Of a stretch of 64,000 nt of DNA, positions 58,981 through 64,000 are shown piece after piece; the stretch's first letter is position 1, and each line of letters starts with the position of its first letter. The translations under genes and the position numbers were made by a program. The notes beneath the pieces are model-generated. The model was given only the letters and a program-made list of their open reading frames with translations, was not told the origin of the DNA and made no database searches. Origin of the DNA: a virus. The DNA is taken from IMG/VR virus record IMGVR_UViG_3300028654_000014, positions 1 through 64,000 of that record. The stretch is one strand, 5' to 3'.

Positions 58981-59328
58981 TTATTCAAATTTTGTAGGTT
59001 TAAGCATTTTCTTAGTTTTACCAAATCTAGGACTTTTTGGTAGACCTGGTAAAGCTGGAACAGCAGCTGGTTGAGAAGCTGGCATTTTTGGAACAGGAGG
59101 AGCAGTTGGTAATTTTGAAGCTCCTAAACTTTGTAAAGCACCGATTTTAGGTCCCATTGGAGCAATAGGAGCTACTTTTGGAACCATTGGAGCCATTTTA
59201 GGAGCACCCATTCCACTTGAAGCCATAGGAGGCATAGGAGCAGCAGGAATTGCTTTTGGAGCAGGATTTAAACTTGCCTTTTGTTTATCTTGTTCAAATA
59301 GAAATTTTCTTAATTTAGCTTTATCCAT
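58981..59328 (-). CDS. Pro/Ala/Met-rich late protein
   Basis: ends PRFGKTKKMLKPTKFE. Confidence 0.65.
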   Translation of the reverse strand: MDKAKLRKFLFEQDKQKASLNPAPKAIPAAPMPPMASSGMGAPKMAPMVPKVAPIAPMGPKIGALQSLGASKLPTAPPVPKMPASQPAAVPALPGLPKSPRFGKTKKMLKPTKFE

Positions 59329-59331
59329 GAT

Positions 59332-59991
59332 TTATCTCATATGTTTCTTTAATTGTTTTTTTATTTCATCAGGAGATAATTTATCTTTACCACCAGGTTG
59401 ACTATAATTATTTGGTTCATCAGGAGCAGCACCACCGCCTCCTCCACCAGAACCTTTACCACTACCACCAGCACCTAAAGCACCAGGACCATCACCACTT
59501 GCAACATTACCAGCATCAGTTCTTCCACCAACATTACTAATATTTAAAGTTATTGGACCTGCGGGTTTACTATCTTTACCTTTTCCTTTTTTTGCACCAG
59601 CACCACTACTTGTTTCAGTGCTACTGCTACCAGAAATTGTTACAGTTACTGTACCAGCACCACCAGTAGATGCTCCACCTGTTGCGGCACCACCAGTTCC
59701 TGCTCCACCAATTCCACTACCAACACCACCCGTTGAAGCTCCACCAGGACTAGATCCACCAGTTTCTGTATTAGTATGAGTTGGAGAATTTCCACTATCT
59801 GAACCTGCTGAATTTGCTGCTGGAGGTTTGGCACTAGCAATTTTAGGTTTTGCAGCTATTGGTGCTGCGGCTGTTGCTTCTGGAGTTTTTGCTGGTGCTA
59901 TTTCTGGTTCTATTGATGGATCTTTTGTTGGATCTTTTACTTCTTCACCATCAAACATTTTTTTCATTCTTTTAAATCTATTATGATTCAT
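59332..59991 (-). CDS. Gly-rich low-complexity late protein
   Basis: starts MNHNRFKRMKKMF. Confidence 0.65.
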   Translation of the reverse strand: MNHNRFKRMKKMFDGEEVKDPTKDPSIEPEIAPAKTPEATAAAPIAAKPKIASAKPPAANSAGSDSGNSPTHTNTETGGSSPGGASTGGVGSGIGGAGTGGAATGGASTGGAGTVTVTISGSSSTETSSGAGAKKGKGKDSKPAGPITLNISNVGGRTDAGNVASGDGPGALGAGGSGKGSGGGGGGAAPDEPNNYSQPGGKDKLSPDEIKKQLKKHMR

Positions 59992-60149
59992 TATTTCTTC
60001 TCCAACATCTTTTTTGTTTTTTTAAATCTTGGTAATTTCATTCCTTTTGAAGCTTGATCAAATTCTTTTACAGTAGAAGGTTTAATACCTTCTTTTTTCG
60101 CGGTATCAGTATGAAAAAATCTACGTTGAGCATCTGAAACATACGGCAT
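59991..60149 (-). CDS. small basic late protein MPYVSDAQRRFFH...PRFKKTKKMLEKK
   Basis: Hand-translated 52 aa; AAGGA SD. Confidence 0.7.
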   Translation of the reverse strand: MPYVSDAQRRFFHTDTAKKEGIKPSTVKEFDQASKGMKLPRFKKTKKMLEKK

Positions 60150-60163
60150 TTATATTATTCCTT

Positions 60164-61702
60164 TTAAAATGCAAAATTAAAAACAGGATATTCAAAATAA
60201 AAGCTAACAGGTTCACTAGATTGAGCAAAACCATTAGCCGCAACTTTTGTCATTGCTCCACTATTAGTTACTTGTGTAAAATAAATATTAGCATTATCAA
60301 AACCATCATAAAATACTCTAGCTTCACGACCTGAAGTATTAATTACTAATGATGCAGAAGAAATACCAATTGCATTACCTATTTGTGTTCCGCATGTATT
60401 TGTTGACATTTTAGTTCGATCTAATTCATATCCGTTTGGTATGGCAATAGAAGCGATACCACCACCTGTTGTTCCTGCAACAAAAGTACCTCTAACTTGC
60501 ATTGAATCACCAACTCTTCTAGAAAATATTTCAGAACTTGTAATTGTTCCAAAACCAATACTAGGAGTAAATGTTAAACTACTTGACCAATTTGATCCAG
60601 GCATTCCACCAGCTGAACCAATTACTCTCCAACGATTAGTAACAGTATCATATAACAATTGAACTGAAGAATTATTAGGAACTGATAAATTATTTCCAGT
60701 TCCTGTTAAAATTCTATTAGCAGCTGTAAGTCCTGTATCTTCATTATTAATATTTATTGTGGCACCAGTAACATTAGTTAATGTAACAGATTGACCTTCT
60801 AGACCAATTACTAAACCACCAATTGAAGTCAATGAAGCATTTGTTAATCTAGTAAACGCTTGTGTAATGCTACTAATAAAAGCACTAGCACCAGTAGTGC
60901 TAGAATTTGTTATCAAATCATATTGAATATTAGAACTTACTCTAAGACGATTTGAAACTGTTACTTGACCAGTTCCATTTGCAGTTAATATTAAATTTCT
61001 ATTATTTTGAGTTGTAATTGTTAAATCAGATGAAGTAGAACCAGTGATAGTATCATTTGCTACTGTAATATTTTTAATTAATACATTACCAGTTGCGCCA
61101 GAAAAATCAATATTAGTAGCACCAAAAATATCATTTAAAGTTCTATTAATAACACTTACTGCTAAAGTTCCACTAGGACCATTATTATCATTTAAAGATT
61201 CTGTATAAAGAGTTGCCCATCTTTTAGAAATATTACCTAAATTTATAGTATTATCAGATGCTGGTAATAATGAAGTATTAATTGCAACAGATGCTAAGTT
61301 ACTTAAATTAACATTTGCTCCACCAGCAACTACAATAGCATTTATTTGAGTTTGAATATTTGAAGTAGCACCAGAAAGATAACTAAGTTCTGTATTAGTA
61401 ACATTAGATGATTCTAAACTACCAGTTGAAGAATTAAATTGAGGAATTCTATTTGCTGTAGAAGATATTGTATTAGAAGATACTGATATAGTACTTGAAG
61501 AAATTGTTCCACCACTAATAACTTTATTAGTTAAAGTAGATCCACCAGCTTCAGTAACAACAGGAGATGATATTGTACCATTATGAAGATTTAATTTATG
61601 ATTAGTGGTATCAAAATCTAATTCCCCAGCAGTATCAACATTTGATGTTACTTTTGGAATTATTTGAATACCAGTATTGATGCGTCTAAAATTCAGGGCC
61701 AT
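60164..61702 (-). CDS. tail fibre/virion appendage protein
   Basis: VTNTELSYLSGATSNIQTQIN, ANVNLSNL, LLPASDNTINLG..SKRW, LLYD...RWRV. Confidence 0.7.
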   Translation of the reverse strand: MALNFRRINTGIQIIPKVTSNVDTAGELDFDTTNHKLNLHNGTISSPVVTEAGGSTLTNKVISGGTISSSTISVSSNTISSTANRIPQFNSSTGSLESSNVTNTELSYLSGATSNIQTQINAIVVAGGANVNLSNLASVAINTSLLPASDNTINLGNISKRWATLYTESLNDNNGPSGTLAVSVINRTLNDIFGATNIDFSGATGNVLIKNITVANDTITGSTSSDLTITTQNNRNLILTANGTGQVTVSNRLRVSSNIQYDLITNSSTTGASAFISSITQAFTRLTNASLTSIGGLVIGLEGQSVTLTNVTGATININNEDTGLTAANRILTGTGNNLSVPNNSSVQLLYDTVTNRWRVIGSAGGMPGSNWSSSLTFTPSIGFGTITSSEIFSRRVGDSMQVRGTFVAGTTGGGIASIAIPNGYELDRTKMSTNTCGTQIGNAIGISSASLVINTSGREARVFYDGFDNANIYFTQVTNSGAMTKVAANGFAQSSEPVSFYFEYPVFNFAF

Positions 61703-61710
61703 GAAAATCC

Positions 61711-62193
61711 TTAACTATTTGTAATAGATTTAGCTTGATATGAAATAATACCGTTATGAGCAGTTCCAGCTAATAAAACAGATGAAAATTGAACTTGACC
61801 AATATCGGTAATATTAAAACTAACTTGAGCATCACCAACTAATTCTTGACTTATTTCCCATTTACTATTTGTAGGATTTGTAGCATTATAATTAATAAAT
61901 ATTTGACCTGTTTCAGTTGCAGTAACAGATGATGTATTTCTATAAACAGAATAGGTGATGATAGCACCTTGGACATTACTACTTGGAAAAGTAAGATTCG
62001 GCAAACTAACATTTGTATTAGCATTGGAAGTCATTACGAAGATTTGAGATGGTACATCATAAGGTCCAGCGAAGGAATTTAATGTATTTTGAATGGCTTG
62101 GAATGCTTCGATTATTGCTGGTGCCCAGTTGGGACTTTCCCCAGATGAGGGAATATTAATCGTAGTTCCACCGATTATTATTGGAATTGACAT
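61711..62193 (-). CDS. virion structural protein
   Basis: Position; IP..GESPNW motif. Confidence 0.55.
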   Translation of the reverse strand: MSIPIIIGGTTINIPSSGESPNWAPAIIEAFQAIQNTLNSFAGPYDVPSQIFVMTSNANTNVSLPNLTFPSSNVQGAIITYSVYRNTSSVTATETGQIFINYNATNPTNSKWEISQELVGDAQVSFNITDIGQVQFSSVLLAGTAHNGIISYQAKSITNS

Positions 62194-62753
62194 TACTTTT
62201 TAACCTCTAAAATACTACAATATTTATTTGACTTTTTAATATTATGAATCTTCCATAAAGGTTGTAAATTCTTGTAATTATTAACTTTTAAGAATTCTTC
62301 CCTAATAGTTAAATCAACTTTACTTAAAGGGATAATATGATCTAATTCCCACTTACCATAATTATCCCACGACATACCTTCTGTGAATTGTTTTTCTAAA
62401 TGAATCTTTAATTCATCTATAGAACATCCCAAATCCTTTACAGCTGATCCTGCCTTTTGATTTTGTTTTAAAGCATGATAAAGCCGACTTCTTAAATTAT
62501 GAGCTAATCTGAAGTTTGTATTAATCTTACGATGTTCTTTAACATATATTTTTCTATAATTTTTGACTTTTTCTTTATTATTTTTTATATATTTTTTAAC
62601 ATATGTATATTTATTATTATTTTGTTTCTGATATTCAGCTTTTTTTAACTTAAAACATGATTTACAATCATATCTAAAACCATCTTTAGATTGCTTATAA
62701 CGATAATATTCTTTATAATCTTTTAAATTATTACATGTTTTACAGATTTTCAT
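62193..62753 (-). CDS. HNH homing endonuclease
   Basis: LGCS..ELK.HLE.QF..GMSWDNYG.WELDHIIP...NLQPLW..HNIKK. Confidence 0.85.
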   Translation of the reverse strand: MKICKTCNNLKDYKEYYRYKQSKDGFRYDCKSCFKLKKAEYQKQNNNKYTYVKKYIKNNKEKVKNYRKIYVKEHRKINTNFRLAHNLRSRLYHALKQNQKAGSAVKDLGCSIDELKIHLEKQFTEGMSWDNYGKWELDHIIPLSKVDLTIREEFLKVNNYKNLQPLWKIHNIKKSNKYCSILEVKK

Positions 62754-62759
62754 CCTACT

Positions 62760-62822
62760 TATAGTTGTTAACTGTATATTTGATAAAAAATAAAGAATTT
62801 TTTGTATATTAAGTAGTTGATT
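62760..62822 (-). promoter_or_regulatory. candidate late promoter motif plus upstream IHF-like site
   Basis: TTAACAACTATA 62760-62771; AATCAACTACTTA (minus strand) 62810-62822. Confidence 0.5.
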
Positions 62823-62840
62823 TTATTAAAGAATTTAGAT

Positions 62841-62872
62841 AAAAAAATAGGGACCTTTTTTAAGGGTCCCTA
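62841..62872 (-). terminator. intrinsic terminator after the capsid gene
   Basis: TAGGGACC stem 62848-62872 followed by T7 on the minus strand. Confidence 0.8.
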
Positions 62873-62895
62873 CTTCAAACTATTACCAGTTTAAA

Positions 62896-64000
62896 TTAGT
62901 TAGAATTCACTACGTTGATTATAATCGTATTTCGTCCTGGAGCCATACAAAAAACAGCCTGGTCAGAATACAATCGTAATTCATAAGCAGCAGCATTCTC
63001 TAGATCTCTAAAGAATTCTTCACCTTGTCCAGGACGTTTAAAGGTCATGTCAGTTGAACCAACACGGAACCATTCGTCAAGACTTAGTACATAAGAATAG
63101 CCTTCTTTTACATAAATAGAAGGTTCGATCTCGATTTCACCATTTTGAGAGTGAAACAAGATTGAACTTGATCCATTTTCAGCTTTTGAAGAACTATAGC
63201 TGGAATCATACTTACGGAGAGCAGCTTGATCAGAAAGCATATTAGCCCATGCACGAGGATTGCAAAGAGATAATACACGACCGTCCAAACCTTTCTCAAC
63301 TGCTCTAGCTACTGCTTGATTCAACTTTGTGAAGCTGAGCGCACCAGATTGAGCATCATATTGATTGCCACGGAAGAGATTATAATTCCCTACATCGATA
63401 TTAAACAAAATACCTGAACTGATTGTCAAGATTTTGTGAATACCAGGGAATTCATTACCGAAAGCACCTTTATGCCAAATAATATCTGTAGCGATAACAC
63501 TTGGAATAGCAGATGTAAGGGTAATTGTTCTAAGAGTCATATCAACAGATTGAACTACAGAAGAACCACGACTTGTAGCACCTGTAGAATCTCTGATTTC
63601 AATTGGCATACCTTCAGCACCGGCCCAGATACCTGGTGCCCATTCTGGGGTAGAGATTGTAATAACAGCTCCAGCAACGGAACCTACTACACCATAACCA
63701 ATTTGACCATAAAGCATTTCGATTTCAAGCTTTTTAGCCATTGATCGAAGCATGTTTGCAACAAGAAACTTTGTAGCATCCATGAAAGCTTTTTGTCCAC
63801 CAAGAGCTGCACGAGAAGCAGCAGCATAACCGAGTAAAGATCTCAAAACAACGGGATTACCGCGAATTTGAGCATCTTTTACTTGACCAGCTACAGGAGC
63901 ATTCAAATTGAATGCATCTTCATCTGAAGCAGCAAATGTAACACCATGCTCTAATCCGAGGATTACAGGTTGATGATACAAATTACCTGGTTGTTTTTCT
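62896..64000 (-). CDS. major capsid protein (5' end outside window)
   Basis: Frame open to the edge (EKQPGNLYHQPV...); size, codon usage, strong terminator, position upstream of tail genes. Confidence 0.75.
   Translation of the reverse strand, partial: EKQPGNLYHQPVILGLEHGVTFAASDEDAFNLNAPVAGQVKDAQIRGNPVVLRSLLGYAAASRAALGGQKAFMDATKFLVANMLRSMAKKLEIEMLYGQIGYGVVGSVAGAVITISTPEWAPGIWAGAEGMPIEIRDSTGATSRGSSVVQSVDMTLRTITLTSAIPSVIATDIIWHKGAFGNEFPGIHKILTISSGILFNIDVGNYNLFRGNQYDAQSGALSFTKLNQAVARAVEKGLDGRVLSLCNPRAWANMLSDQAALRKYDSSYSSSKAENGSSSILFHSQNGEIEIEPSIYVKEGYSYVLSLDEWFRVGSTDMTFKRPGQGEEFFRDLENAAAYELRLYSDQAVFCMAPGRNTIIINVVNSN

Noticed and set aside
1523-63744. Antisense or nested ORFs in the track (e.g. 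1523..1741, 2777..3085, 13520..13915, 33830..34249, 42756..42980, 54166..54441, 63436..63744)
   Set aside because: They overlap well-supported genes in another frame or strand and show no motifs; treated as shadow ORFs.

Overview
A 64-kb segment of a strongly AT-rich, tailed dsDNA phage genome read with the standard genetic code. No integrase or terminase is visible in the window. Bases 1 to ~40,270 are almost all + strand early/middle genes: class II ribonucleotide reductase, PD-(D/E)XK nuclease, ERF annealase, primase-helicase, a family B DNA polymerase split in two by an HNH gene, glycosyl- and nucleotidyltransferases, an AAA+/MoxR/vWA-peptidase module, RecA-like protein, dUTPase, two exported serine proteases and several homing endonucleases. 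Bases ~40,220 to 64,000 are - strand virion genes: major capsid (running off the edge), tail fibres, tail tubular/nozzle-like proteins and putative ejection proteins, in a podovirus-like layout. The main unexplained structure is about 40 translationally coupled micro-ORFs (31-67 aa, most missing from the supplied ORF track), sitting singly or in tandem arrays between core genes. Their bodies are hypervariable but nearly all end in [I/V]-[L/M/C]-x-Y-[E/K/D]. One carries an N-terminal segment matching this phage's own major capsid protein, and two more resemble capsid or portal segments from recollection. This suggests an undescribed tagged micro-protein (decoy or adaptor) library. A second C-terminal tag (Q/H-x2-3-F-x2-K-M/F-D-x2-L) marks five larger unrelated proteins. 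Also present are a multi-hairpin candidate ncRNA before the primase-helicase, a sigma54/IHF/enhancer-type promoter, a symmetric bidirectional sigma70 promoter, and a candidate late-promoter motif. Family calls come from motif recognition by eye; no searches were run.
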